DNA of 64,000 nt from Candidatus Latescibacterota bacterium (GTDB lineage: Bacteria; Latescibacterota; UBA2968; UBA8231), in assembly GCA_965221775.1 (NCBI GenBank), contig CBDCSU010000006.1, forward strand, positions 160,001 to 224,000, given 5' to 3'. Below the pieces are notes generated by a model that had not been told where the DNA came from, made no database searches, and saw only the letters and a program-made list of their open reading frames with translations. The translations under genes were made by a program, and so were the position numbers. Positions 28,746 through 42,027 of the stretch are shown here, piece by piece (positions within the stretch are counted from its first letter, which is position 1; the number at the start of each line of letters is the position of its first letter).

Positions 28746-29537
28746 TCATCTCCTTCCGAGAGTAGTGTGTCGTGATGGGGCCGCGTCTGCCTCGCCCCGG
28801 TTGCCGGTCGTTGAGACGACTTCGGCCGTCACGGGGTCGATATGGATGCCGCACTCCACCTTGTCCCCGCCCGACCAACGGCCCGCCCGCGGATCCTCAC
28901 CGGGCCTGACGGCGCGCGTGCAGTGGGTGCAGCCGATGCTGGGGTATCCGCGGTCGTGGAGGTCGTTGTAGGGCACGTCGTTCTCGCGGACGTAGTTCCA
29001 GACGTCATCCTCGGTCCACGCCGCCAGGGGGTTGATCTTGACGAGGTCGAATCTCGTGTCCCAGGCGGCGATGGCAACGTCGCGGCGGGTCTCGCCCTGG
29101 TCGCGGCGCAGGCCGGTGATCCATGCTCTCCGGCCTTCCAGGGCGCGCTCATTCGGGGCGACCTTGCGGATCTGGCAGCAGAGGTCGGGGTCGTCCTTCC
29201 ACAGCTCCGGCCCGTGCAGGACGGCCTGCTGCCCGGCGGACAGATCCGGCCTGAAGGCCAGGGGAAGGAACCCGTAGCGGCGCGCGGCTTCGTCCTTGAG
29301 GGCGTGGGTCTCCGTGAACAGGAAGCCGGTATCCACGTAGAAGACCGGCACGGACCGGTCGCTCTTCATGGCCATGTCGAGCAGGACCATGCCGGAGACG
29401 CCGCCGAAGCTGCAGGCGAGGGCGATCTCCGGCTGGAAGTTGTCGAGGGCCCAGGCCATGATCTGGCGGGGGTGAGCGGTCTCGAGCCCCGCGCTGACCT
29501 GGGCCAGCCTCTCCCCGGTCCATTCTTCTGTTTCCAT
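28746..29537 (-). CDS. cysH: APS/PAPS reductase, Fe-S type
   Basis: SFG, DTGFLF, CCQIRKVAP, WITGLRRDQ, GYPSIGCTHCT, RAGRW...ECGIH; GGAGGAG RBS. Confidence 0.94.
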   Translation of the reverse strand: METEEWTGERLAQVSAGLETAHPRQIMAWALDNFQPEIALACSFGGVSGMVLLDMAMKSDRSVPVFYVDTGFLFTETHALKDEAARRYGFLPLAFRPDLSAGQQAVLHGPELWKDDPDLCCQIRKVAPNERALEGRRAWITGLRRDQGETRRDVAIAAWDTRFDLVKINPLAAWTEDDVWNYVRENDVPYNDLHDRGYPSIGCTHCTRAVRPGEDPRAGRWSGGDKVECGIHIDPVTAEVVSTTGNRGEADAAPSRHTTLGRR

Positions 29538-29567
29538 GACTCCTCCGTCTCTTCTTCGTCACTCTGA

Positions 29568-29606
29568 ACAAAAAAACCGCCCCGATGACTGGCTCATCGG
29601 GGCGGT
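29568..29606 (-). terminator. Intrinsic terminator (attenuator) in the cysH leader
   Basis: ACCGCCCCGATGA-GCCAG-TCATCGGGGCGGT-TTTTTT: perfect 13-bp stem and U-tract about 30 nt before the cysH ATG. Confidence 0.9.
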
Positions 29607-29665
29607 GGATGCGCCTTCCTGCGTGCAGGGATTGGCGCTGCCGTGTTGGCGAGGCCGGCTTGCGT

Positions 29666-29779
29666 CTAAGGCACGGCCTCCCGCCCCGGGGTGGGCTCGC
29701 AACAACAACAGCAGCAGGTCCCCGCCATGCGGGTCCCCCGCGCCGACGCCGATCGGCCATGTGCGCGGGTCTTGATCAT
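29666..29779 (-). CDS. Poly-cysteine leader peptide (37 aa)
   Basis: MIKTRAHGRSASARGTRMAGTCCCCCCEPTPGREAVP*; TGC TGC TGT TGT TGT TGC at 29716-29699; GAGGA upstream; alternative in-frame ATG at 29728. Confidence 0.85.
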   Translation of the reverse strand: MIKTRAHGRSASARGTRMAGTCCCCCCEPTPGREAVP

Positions 29780-29843
29780 TTCCTCGTCACTTCCTCGAAT
29801 CCTGGTGGAGCGCCACCGCCGACGCGGCGACCAAAGCCCGACG

Positions 29844-29872
29844 AATCTACGGGGTCTCTACCTCCCCGGCAA
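29844..29872 (-). promoter_or_regulatory. Candidate sigma70 promoter of the leader-cysH-cysC-sat transcript
   Basis: TTGCCG (29872-29867), 17 nt, TAGATT (29849-29844). Confidence 0.5.
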
Positions 29873-30051
29873 CAGCCCCGGAACGGGCCGAAGCGGGGAC
29901 GTCCGGCTCGCCCGGCCGGGGGTGAGTCGCGCGGATGGCCGGCAGGTCCCGGCGGCGGCCGGGGAGCAGCCTCTCCTGATTGACACGCCGTCGGCGGGCC
30001 GTTTCTTCAGCCCTCCGCCGGAGACAAGCCTCGAGCAGAAAGGACGACCCC

Positions 30052-31032
30052 ATGCACATCGCCCTGGCCCTGGAACCCGACGCCACCGCCGTTTCCACCT
30101 TCGGCGCCCAGTGCGGCGTCGAGCACGCCGTGGGCACCTTCGACCTGACGCCGCTGGCGGACAAGCCGGTCGACGACGACGCCCAGCCCTTCAGCCGCGT
30201 CTCCCTGGCGCGCCGCAGGTCGCAGTACGAGAGCAACGGCTATCACCTGGCCGTGATCGAGAGCCGCCCCCCCATGGAGAGCATCAAGCTCGGGCGGGAC
30301 GGGCGCGACGAGGAGATCGCCGTCTGCTGCGAGCTCATCCGCAACATGGGGGCCGCCGGCATCCCGGTGTGGTGCCCGGCGTGGATGCCCGTCCACATGG
30401 TGATCCGCACCTCGCGCCAGCTGCCGTCGCGGGGAGGCTCCAGGGTGACGGGATTCGACCTGGAGGAGTTCAACCGCACCCACGAGGCCGGCGTCCACGG
30501 CGAGATCACCGAGGCCGATCAGTGGGAGAACCTGAGATACTTCCTCGAGCGCGTCGTGCCCGTGGCCGAGGAGGCCGGCGTCAAGCTGGCCATGCATCCC
30601 GACGACCCGCCCCTGTCGCCGATCCAGGGCGTGGCCCGCATCATCAGCAGCGTCGACAACTACCAGCGCATGGTCGACCTCGTGCCCAGCCCGGCCAACG
30701 GCATCGGCCTCTGCCAGGGCAACTTCGGCCTCATGACCGACGACCTGCCCGGCGTCATCCGCCACTTCGGCGGGCAGGAGAAGATCCACTTCGTCCACTT
30801 CCGCGACATCCGCGGCACGCCGGAGAAGTTCCAGGAGGCCTTCCACGACGACGGCCAGCACGACATGGCCGCCTGTGTCCGAGCCTACAAGGACGTCGGC
30901 TACGGCGGCGTGGCACGCCCCGACCACTTCCCGCAGCTGACCTACGAGGACTTCGAGGACACGCACTCCATGGAGCGCCTCTACGCCATCGGCTACATGC
31001 GGGGCCTCATCGAGGCGGTCTACAGCGAGTGA
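30052..31032 (+). CDS. uxuA: Mannonate dehydratase family protein
   Basis: IKLGRDGRDEEI, WENLRYFLERVVPVAEEAGVKLAMHPDDPP, HFVHFRD, RPDHFP, YAIGYMRGL; AAGGA RBS before ATG 30052. Confidence 0.85.
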   Translation: MHIALALEPDATAVSTFGAQCGVEHAVGTFDLTPLADKPVDDDAQPFSRVSLARRRSQYESNGYHLAVIESRPPMESIKLGRDGRDEEIAVCCELIRNMGAAGIPVWCPAWMPVHMVIRTSRQLPSRGGSRVTGFDLEEFNRTHEAGVHGEITEADQWENLRYFLERVVPVAEEAGVKLAMHPDDPPLSPIQGVARIISSVDNYQRMVDLVPSPANGIGLCQGNFGLMTDDLPGVIRHFGGQEKIHFVHFRDIRGTPEKFQEAFHDDGQHDMAACVRAYKDVGYGGVARPDHFPQLTYEDFEDTHSMERLYAIGYMRGLIEAVYSE

Positions 31033-31769
31033 GCCCCCGCCCCTCGCCGCCGGTCTCCGTGGCCCGCGGCCTCGGCCGGTCCGCGGGACGGCTGCGGTTC
31101 TCGGCCCCCGTGGCGCACGTGTACAACCCCCTGGTCTACGCCTTCGAGGCTCACAAGGCCTACCTGGAGCGCTACTGCCGGCCCACGGCCGAGACCCTGC
31201 TGGTGGGCATGAACCCCGGCCCCTGGGGCATGGTGCAGACCGGCGTCCCCTTCGGCGAGGTCGGCCTGGTCCGCGACTGGCTGGGCATCGGCGGCGGCGT
31301 GCGCCGGCCGCGGTCGCAGCACCCGCGGCGCCCGGTGGAGGGCTTCGACTGCCGCCGCAGCGAGGTCAGCGGCCGGCGCCTGTGGGGGTGGGCCCGGGAC
31401 CGCTTCGGCACCCCGGACCGCTTCTTCGACCGGTTCTTCGTGTGGAACTACTGCCCTCTCGCCTTCCTCGAGGAGAGCGGCCGCAACCGCACGCCCGACA
31501 AGCTCCCGGCGGAAGAGCGCGCCCCTCTGTTCGACACCTGCGACCGGGCGCTGCTGCGGATCGTGGATCACCTCGAGCCGGCCCGCGTCCTCGGCGTCGG
31601 CCGCTTCGGGCGCGACCGGGCCCGCGCCGCCCTCGACGGCGGCGGCTTCGTCATCGGCGAGATCCTGCACCCGAGCCCGGCGAGTCCCGCGGCCAACCGC
31701 GGCTGGGCGGGACAGGTGGAGGCCCAACTCGCCGCCCTCGGCATCGACCTGGGACCTGGAACGGATTGA
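31029..31769 (+). CDS. SMUG1-type (family 3) uracil-DNA glycosylase
   Basis: VYNPLVYA, GMNPGPWGMVQTGVPFG, RSEVSGRRLW, NYCPLAF, HPSPASP; GTGA overlap with the uxuA stop. Confidence 0.92.
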   Translation: MSPRPSPPVSVARGLGRSAGRLRFSAPVAHVYNPLVYAFEAHKAYLERYCRPTAETLLVGMNPGPWGMVQTGVPFGEVGLVRDWLGIGGGVRRPRSQHPRRPVEGFDCRRSEVSGRRLWGWARDRFGTPDRFFDRFFVWNYCPLAFLEESGRNRTPDKLPAEERAPLFDTCDRALLRIVDHLEPARVLGVGRFGRDRARAALDGGGFVIGEILHPSPASPAANRGWAGQVEAQLAALGIDLGPGTD

Positions 31770-31843
31770 GGCTGGACGGTGGACAACGCGACGCGGGGTA
31801 GTGTCCGCGGATCCCTTCTACTCCCTTCCCCAAGGAGGCCCCC

Positions 31844-32359
31844 ATGCAGATCGGCATCATCTCCGACACCCACGACAACTGGCCCACCCTGGACCGGGTC
31901 TGCCGCTTCATGGCCGACCGCGGCATCGGCACGTTGATCCACTGCGGCGACGTCTGCGCTCCGCTGACCCTCGGCCACCTGCTGGAGCAGTACGAGGGGC
32001 AGGTGCACCTCGCCTTCGGCAATGTCGACGGCGACCCGTTCCTGATGGCGGCGCGCTTCGGGGACCGCCCGAACCTGCACCTCCACGGGGCCGAGCGGGC
32101 GGAGCTGGAGCTGGGGGATCGCCGGGTCGCCGTGCAGCACTACCCCGCCCTGGCGCGGGGGCTCGCCCTCACGGGGGAGTACGATGCCGTGTTCTTCGGG
32201 CATGACCACGACCAGCGCGCCGAAGTCCTGACCGCCGGGGAGCGCCGGGTGCTGCTCGCCAACCCCGGGACCCTGGCGGCCATGGGCAAGCCGCAGACCT
32301 TCCTGCTCTACGAGACCGGGGACAACAGCGTGGAGCGGTTCGAGGTGGACCGGCTCTAG
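31844..32359 (+). CDS. YfcE-like metallophosphoesterase
   Basis: ISDTHDN, IHCGD, GNVD, FGHDH, NPG; AGGAGG RBS. Confidence 0.9.
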   Translation: MQIGIISDTHDNWPTLDRVCRFMADRGIGTLIHCGDVCAPLTLGHLLEQYEGQVHLAFGNVDGDPFLMAARFGDRPNLHLHGAERAELELGDRRVAVQHYPALARGLALTGEYDAVFFGHDHDQRAEVLTAGERRVLLANPGTLAAMGKPQTFLLYETGDNSVERFEVDRL

Positions 32360-32835
32360 GAGATCTCGACCTGCAGCAGGGCGCCGGGTTCCTCCGCCCG
32401 GGACGCTTCAACGCCGTGGGCGGCATCGAGCAGGTCCTGCAGGCTGGTGCGCGACAGGACGCCGTCCACCGCCTCCTGCACCCGCATCCAGAGGCCGCGG
32501 ATCGAGCAGTCCACGGGGGTGTGGCAGCAACTCTCCTCGGCGCCGGTGAAGTGGTCGCAGAAGGTAGGGTCGTAGAGGGGCCCCCCGAGGGCGGCCACGA
32601 CCTCGGCCACGGCGATCTGCGAGGCCGGGCGGGCGAGGCTGTAGCCGCCGTGCTGGCCGCGCTCGCTGTCGACGAGGCCGCTGCGCCGGAGGGTGGCGAG
32701 GTAGCGGGCGGCGTTGTGGGGCGACAGGCCCTCGGCCTCGGCGATCTCCGGGATCGTGGCGCTGCGGCCGGGGGGGCGGCGAGCCACCTGCAGCAGGCAG
32801 CGCAGTCCGTACTCCTCCTGGGCGCTCAGTTTCAT
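32356..32835 (-). CDS. Rrf2 family transcriptional regulator (IscR-like), last gene of the suf operon
   Basis: MKLSAQEEYGLRCL, SERGQHGGYSLARP, C-terminal CDHF...CCH...DC. Confidence 0.92.
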   Translation of the reverse strand: MKLSAQEEYGLRCLLQVARRPPGRSATIPEIAEAEGLSPHNAARYLATLRRSGLVDSERGQHGGYSLARPASQIAVAEVVAALGGPLYDPTFCDHFTGAEESCCHTPVDCSIRGLWMRVQEAVDGVLSRTSLQDLLDAAHGVEASRAEEPGALLQVEIS

Positions 32836-32836
32836 C

Positions 32837-33196
32837 CTACATCATCCCGAGCTGCAGCTTGGCCGCCTCGGACATGCGGTCGATGCTCCACGGCGGGTCC
32901 CAGGTGACGTCGACCTGGGAGTCGTCCACCTCCGGCACCTCCTCCAGCACCTTGCGCTGCACCTCGCCGGGCAGGGTGCCGGCCACCGGGCAGGCCGGCG
33001 AGGTGAGGGTCATGGTGACGTGGACCTTGCGGCCCCCTTCCTCCTCCTCTTCCACGTCGACGGCGTAGATCAGGCCGAGCTCGTAGATGTCGACGGGGAT
33101 CTCGGGGTCGTAGCAGGTCTTGAGGACGTCGACGACCTTGGCCGCGACGCTGCCGGGCGGGTGTTCCTGGGGTTCGGTCGGTTCCACGTTGCTCAC
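32837..33196 (-). CDS. sufT: DUF59/MIP18 (SufT-like) Fe-S maturation protein
   Basis: LKTCYDPEIPVDIYELGLIY, MTLTSPACPVAGTLP, WDPPWS; GTG overlaps the sufU stop. Confidence 0.88.
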   Translation of the reverse strand: MSNVEPTEPQEHPPGSVAAKVVDVLKTCYDPEIPVDIYELGLIYAVDVEEEEEGGRKVHVTMTLTSPACPVAGTLPGEVQRKVLEEVPEVDDSQVDVTWDPPWSIDRMSEAAKLQLGMM

Positions 33197-33651
33197 TCCG
33201 TCGTGACCGGCTCGGCGGCGTCGCCGTCGAGGGCGGATTTCATGGCATGCCAGGCCAGGGTGGCGCACTTGACCCGCATGGGGAACTCGCGGACGCCGGC
33301 GAAGACGGCGAGCTTGCCGGCCTTCACCGGATCGACAGGCTCGGAGACGTCCGCCGTGACCAGCTCGAGAAAGCTCGCGAAGGCGGCCTTCGCCTCCTCG
33401 ACGCTGCGGCCCTTCAACTGCTGGGTCATGAGCGAGGCCGAGGCCTTGGAGATGGCGCACCCGTAGCCTTCGAAGCGGATCTCCTCGATCACCCCCTCGT
33501 CGCCGAGTAGGAGATGCACATGGAGGTGGTCTCCGCAGAGCGGGTTGTAGCCCTCCTGGCGGCGGTTGGCGTTCTGCAGGGGGCCGAAGTTCCGCGGGCT
33601 GCGGTTGTGGTCGAGGATGACCTGCTGATACAGCTCGCGCAGCTCGGTCAC
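33193..33651 (-). CDS. sufU: SUF system NifU/SufU family protein
   Basis: LRELYQQVILDH, NPLCGD, GCAISKASAS, RVKCATLAW. Confidence 0.93.
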   Translation of the reverse strand: MTELRELYQQVILDHNRSPRNFGPLQNANRRQEGYNPLCGDHLHVHLLLGDEGVIEEIRFEGYGCAISKASASLMTQQLKGRSVEEAKAAFASFLELVTADVSEPVDPVKAGKLAVFAGVREFPMRVKCATLAWHAMKSALDGDAAEPVTTE

Positions 33652-34922
33652 GACGCGCCTCCCATCACCGCATCCACCTGGCGCAGGGCCTCGACCAGCA
33701 GGTCGATCTCGCCGGGGGTGTTGTAGAAGGCCAGGGAGGCCCGGGTCATGGCGGGCACGCCGAAGCGGGCCATCAGGGGCTGGGCGCAGTGGTGGCCGGT
33801 GCGCACGGCCACGCCCTCGGCGTCGAGGATGGTGCCGATGTCGTGGGGATGGGCGCCGTCGAGGGCGAAGGAGAGGACCGGGACCTTGGGCCGGGCCTCG
33901 CCGAAGAGGCGCAGGCCCTCGACCTCGGCGAGCTGTTCCGAGGCGTGGGCGAGCAGGTCCTCCTCGTGCGCGGAGACGCGCTCCATGCCGAGGCCGTTGA
34001 GGTAGTCCACGGCGGCGGCCAGGCCCACGGCGCCGGCGATGTTCGGGGTGCCGGCCTCGAAGCGGGCCGGCGGCTCGGCCCAGGTCGTGCCCTCGAAGGA
34101 GACGGACCGGATCATGGAGCCGCCGCCCTCGTAGGGAGCCATGCCCTCGAGCAGCTCGCGGCGGCCGTAGAGGATGCCGATCCCCGTGGGCGCGAACAGC
34201 TTGTGCCCCGAGAGGGCGTAGAAGTCGCAGCCCAGGGCCTGCACGTCCACCGGCAGGTGGGGCGCGCCCTGGGCGCCGTCGACGAAGACCACGGCGCCGT
34301 ACTCGTGGGCCAGCTCGCAGATGCGGCGCACGGGGTTGACGGTGCCGAGGACGTTGGAGGCGTGGGTCACGGCCACGAGGCGGGTGCGCGGCGACAGGCG
34401 GTCGGCGAAGGCGGCCAGGTCGAGCTCGCCGTCGTCGGTGACGGGCGCCACCTTCAGGCGGGCCCCCGTGGCCTCGCACAGCATCTGCCAGGGGACGATG
34501 TTGGAGTGGTGCTCCATGTGGGTGACGAGGATCTCGTCCCCCTCGCCCAGGCGCGACCTGCCGTACCCGTGGGCGACGAGGTTGGCGGCCTCCGTCGTGC
34601 CCCGGCAGAACACGACCTCGGCGCTCTCGGCGGCGTTGACGAAGGTGGCCAGCCGGCCGCGGGCCCGCTCGTAGGAGAACGTGGCCTGCTGGCTGAGGAA
34701 GTGGACGCCGCGGTGGATGTTGGCGTTCTCCTCCTCGTAGTAGCGCTCCACCGCGTCGATCACCGGCCTCGGCTTCTGGGTGGTGGCGGCGTTGTCGAGG
34801 TAGACCAGCGCCCGGCCGCGCACCGCCCGGCCGAGGATCGGGAAGTCCCGCCGGACGGCGTCGACGTCGAGGGCCCCCTCGTCGCGGCCGGGGGCGGTCA
34901 TCACCGGCTGGGGGGCGGTCAC
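33648..34922 (-). CDS. sufS: SufS cysteine desulfurase
   Basis: YLDNAATTQKP, ANIHRGVH, MEHHSNIVPW, SGHKLFAPTG, FEAGTP, RTGHHCAQP. Confidence 0.96.
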   Translation of the reverse strand: MTAPQPVMTAPGRDEGALDVDAVRRDFPILGRAVRGRALVYLDNAATTQKPRPVIDAVERYYEEENANIHRGVHFLSQQATFSYERARGRLATFVNAAESAEVVFCRGTTEAANLVAHGYGRSRLGEGDEILVTHMEHHSNIVPWQMLCEATGARLKVAPVTDDGELDLAAFADRLSPRTRLVAVTHASNVLGTVNPVRRICELAHEYGAVVFVDGAQGAPHLPVDVQALGCDFYALSGHKLFAPTGIGILYGRRELLEGMAPYEGGGSMIRSVSFEGTTWAEPPARFEAGTPNIAGAVGLAAAVDYLNGLGMERVSAHEEDLLAHASEQLAEVEGLRLFGEARPKVPVLSFALDGAHPHDIGTILDAEGVAVRTGHHCAQPLMARFGVPAMTRASLAFYNTPGEIDLLVEALRQVDAVMGGAS

Positions 34923-36274
34923 AGGGTCTCCTCCTCGGCCAGGACCTCGTCCACGCGCCGGGAAACCAGGGCCTCCACGTGGGCCCGCAACCCCTCGTGG
35001 GTGACGCGCTCCACCAGCTCGCCGGCGAAGGCGCGGGTGAGGACGCGCCGGGCCTCGGCCAGCCCCACGCCGCGGGAGCGCAGGTAGAACAGGGCCCCCG
35101 CGTCGAGCTGACCGGTGGTCGATCCGTGGCTGCAGCGGACGTCGTCGGCGTAGATCTCCAGCTGCGGCTTGGAGGTCACCTGGGCGTCGTCGGAGAGCAG
35201 CAGGTTCTGGTTGGACTGGAAGGCGTCGGTCTTCTGGGCGGCCTGGTGGACGTGGATCTTGCCGCGGAAGACGCCCTGCGCCCGGCCGCCGAGGATCCCC
35301 TTGTAGAGCTCGTGGCTGCTGCAGTTCGGGGCGGCGTGCTCGATGGTGGTGTAGTTGTCCACCAGCTCCCGGCCGCGGGGCAGGAACAGGCCGTTGAGGG
35401 TCGAGTCGATGCCCTCGCCGTCGATGAGGGTGGTCACGTCCTCGCGCACGGCCCGCCCGCTGAGGCAGAGGGTGTGGGCCGTGAAGCGGGCCTCGGCGGC
35501 CTCCTTCACGTGGAGGGTGCCGGCGTGGCAGGCCGCCTCCCCGTGGAGATGGACCCGGCCGTACTCGACGGCGGCGCCGGGGCCGACGGAGATCTCGGTC
35601 ACCGGGGCCGCCAGGCGGCCGTCGCCGCCGCCGGTGCCGGTGCCGGCGAAGGTCTCGATCAGGGTGACCCGGCTGTTGGCGCCGGTGGCCACGATGGTGC
35701 GCGGTGTCGTCAGGCCCTGGCCGCTGGCCGCGTGCAGGACCTGGATCGGCGCCTCCACGGCGGTATCCGCCGGCACGGAGATGAAGGCGCCGTCGCGCAC
35801 GAAGGCGGTGCCGAGGGCGGCGAAGCTCTCGTCGAGGTCGAGGGTGTGGGCCCCCAGGTCGTCGAGCCCGTCCCACTCCCCGGGCCCCAGCTCTCCGAGG
35901 GAGCGCACCTGCACCCCGCCGGGAAGGTCGCCGGCCCGGGACAGGTCCGGGGCGAAGCAGCCGTCGACGAAGACGAGCACCGGGCCGTCGACGCCGGCGG
36001 CCAGCAGGGGCCGCACCTCGGCGGCGGTCAGGGGGCCGGGCTCGGCCACCGGGGCGAAGAAGGTGTGGGTCAGGGGCGCCGGGTTGGTGTGCGACCAGGC
36101 CTCGTACCGGGAGGTCGGCAGGCCGATGTCGGCGACGCGGGCGATCGCCGCCCGGCGGCGGGCGTGCAGCCGGCCGCCGGCGGCGCCGTTCAGGGAACGC
36201 TCGAAGCCCTCGAAGGCGGCGACATAGGCGTCGACGACGGCGGCCGGGCCGCGGCGGGTATCCTCTGCGCTCAT
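34919..36274 (-). CDS. sufD: Fe-S cluster assembly protein SufD
   Basis: GVFRGKIHVHQAAQKTDAFQSNQNLLLS, KPQLEIYADDVRCSHG, LFYLRSRG. Confidence 0.95.
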   Translation of the reverse strand: MSAEDTRRGPAAVVDAYVAAFEGFERSLNGAAGGRLHARRRAAIARVADIGLPTSRYEAWSHTNPAPLTHTFFAPVAEPGPLTAAEVRPLLAAGVDGPVLVFVDGCFAPDLSRAGDLPGGVQVRSLGELGPGEWDGLDDLGAHTLDLDESFAALGTAFVRDGAFISVPADTAVEAPIQVLHAASGQGLTTPRTIVATGANSRVTLIETFAGTGTGGGDGRLAAPVTEISVGPGAAVEYGRVHLHGEAACHAGTLHVKEAAEARFTAHTLCLSGRAVREDVTTLIDGEGIDSTLNGLFLPRGRELVDNYTTIEHAAPNCSSHELYKGILGGRAQGVFRGKIHVHQAAQKTDAFQSNQNLLLSDDAQVTSKPQLEIYADDVRCSHGSTTGQLDAGALFYLRSRGVGLAEARRVLTRAFAGELVERVTHEGLRAHVEALVSRRVDEVLAEEETL

Positions 36275-36278
36275 CGGC

Positions 36279-37040
<762 letters not shown>

Positions 37041-37058
37041 TTGGTTGTTCTCCTGGTG

Positions 37059-37229
37059 GGCGTCGGGCGTGGGCCCTTCGGCGCGGTACGCCGGTTTTCG
37101 TCAGTTTTGCTTTGCCTTCAGTTGTTCTGCAGTGCTTGCGAGCCTCGCCTGCGGCGAGTCTCGCGGTCCTTCAAACCTGGGTGCGTGGGTCTGCCGGCGT
37201 AATGCGCCTGCGGGCCCACGCCCGACGCC
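37059..37229. repeat. MITE/REP-like element with about 36-bp imperfect terminal inverted repeats
   Basis: ggcgtcgggcgtgggccc (37059-37076) is the exact reverse complement of 37212-37229; the adjacent 15-mers match 13/15; internal hairpin gcgagcctcgcc-tgc-ggcgagtctcgc. Confidence 0.65.
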
Positions 37230-37422
37230 ATCGGAGACCCGGACTCGGCGCCTCGACCGCGGGTAGCCACTCCGCGAAGGGCCTCACGCCGGTCCCGGCT
37301 TCGAGGAGGGGAACAGCGGCTGCCTCCTCTTGCGGGACCTTCTTGGGCGCCAGTTCGCTGCGCTCACGGCGCCGGGTTGCAGCGGCGGCCCAAGGCGCTT
37401 GTGGAGCACCCACGGCAGCGCC

Positions 37423-39996
<2,574 letters not shown>

Positions 39997-40048
39997 GTGG
40001 TCCTATCTGTTTGCTTTACAGGAAGTTGCAGGCCGGGGACGCGATCCC

Positions 40049-40089
40049 CGTCAAGGGAATCTAAGAATCTTGCAGGAAACTGCAAGATT
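40049..40089 (-). promoter_or_regulatory. Perfect 10-4-10 palindrome next to a TTGACG -35-like hexamer upstream of sufB; candidate operator
   Basis: aatcttgcag-gaaa-ctgcaagatt at 40066-40089; TTGACG at 40054-40049 on the minus strand. No convincing -10 was found. Confidence 0.45.
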
Positions 40090-40103
40090 GGAGCGGAGGG
40101 TTC

Positions 40104-41020
40104 TCAGCCGATGCGCCGGCGGCGCACGAGATAGCGGCTCAGGGCGGCGTCGAAGGGGGTCGCCGTGTCGATCGGGACGTAGTCGACGCCGGCCTCGGCG
40201 CAACCGCGGCGGTAGCGGGCCAGCAGGGACTCCACGTGGGCGCGGTAGCTCTCCTGCACGTGCCACGGCTGGGTGACGATCGAGCCCCCCTCGGCGTCCT
40301 CCATGTCGACGAAGCGGGTCTCCGACCGGCGGAACTCCAGGTCGACCTCCCTCGGGTCGAGGACCTGCAGGGCCAGCACCTCGTGGCCGCGGTGGCGCAG
40401 GTGGCGCAGGCCCCCGAGGACCTCATCGGGACTGTCCAGCAGGTCGGAGAGGACGACCACGAGGCCGCGCCGCGACAGCCGCTCGGCGAGGTCGTGGAGG
40501 CCGGGGGCCAGGGTGGTCTCGGCGGCGGGCTCGGCGCCCGAGAGCTGGCGCAGCAGCACGTTGAGGTGGCTGCCCACCGAGCGCGGCGGCACCAGCGATA
40601 GCAGGCCCCCGCGCAGCAGGGCCAGGCCCACGGCGTCGCGCTGGCGCAGCATCAGGTAGGCCAGGGCCGCCGCCAGGCAGCAGGCGTAGCGGAACTTGCT
40701 GACCCGGTCCGAGTCGGCGAAGGCCATGGAGCCGCTCGCGTCGACGGCGAGGCAGGCCTTGAGGTTGGTCTCCTCCTCGTAGCGCTTCACGTACAGGCGG
40801 TCGGTCCGGGCCAGCGCCTTCCAGTCGAGGTCGCGCAGGGGGTCGCCGGGCATGTACGGCCGGTGCTCGGAGAACTCCACGGAGAAGCCGTGATAGGGGG
40901 AGCGGTGCAGGCCGGTGATGAACCCCTCGACCACGAGGCGGGCGATCAGGTCGAGGCGGCCCAGGCGCGAGGCGGTCTCGGGATCCAGGTACCCCGTGAG
41001 CCCGCCGGCGGCGCTCTCCG

Positions 41021-41024
<4 letters not shown>
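40104..41024 (-). CDS. DUF58 family protein (MoxR-associated, vWA-like)
   Basis: GLHRSPYHGFSVEFSEHRPYMPGD, DWK, VKRYEEETN, DASGSM, VVLSD. Confidence 0.92.
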
Positions 41025-42010
<986 letters not shown>

Positions 42011-42027
42011 TCAGAGTCTCCTTGGGA

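Noticed and set aside
29540-29880. SAM (S-box) riboswitch or T-box upstream of cysH
   Set aside because: I could not find SAM-I or T-box consensus motifs; the Cys6 leader with antiterminator and terminator explains the region.
29691-31028. 692-aa poly-Gln-starting ORF fused to SMUG1
   Set aside because: The poly-Q is the antisense of the Cys codon run and the rest overlaps uxuA off-frame; SMUG1 plausibly starts at GTG 31029.
37171-37413. 80-aa ORF with a RPFAEWL stretch reminiscent of RelE/HigB-type toxins
   Set aside because: The similarity is too short, the rest is low-complexity and it runs into the inverted-repeat element; at most a remnant.
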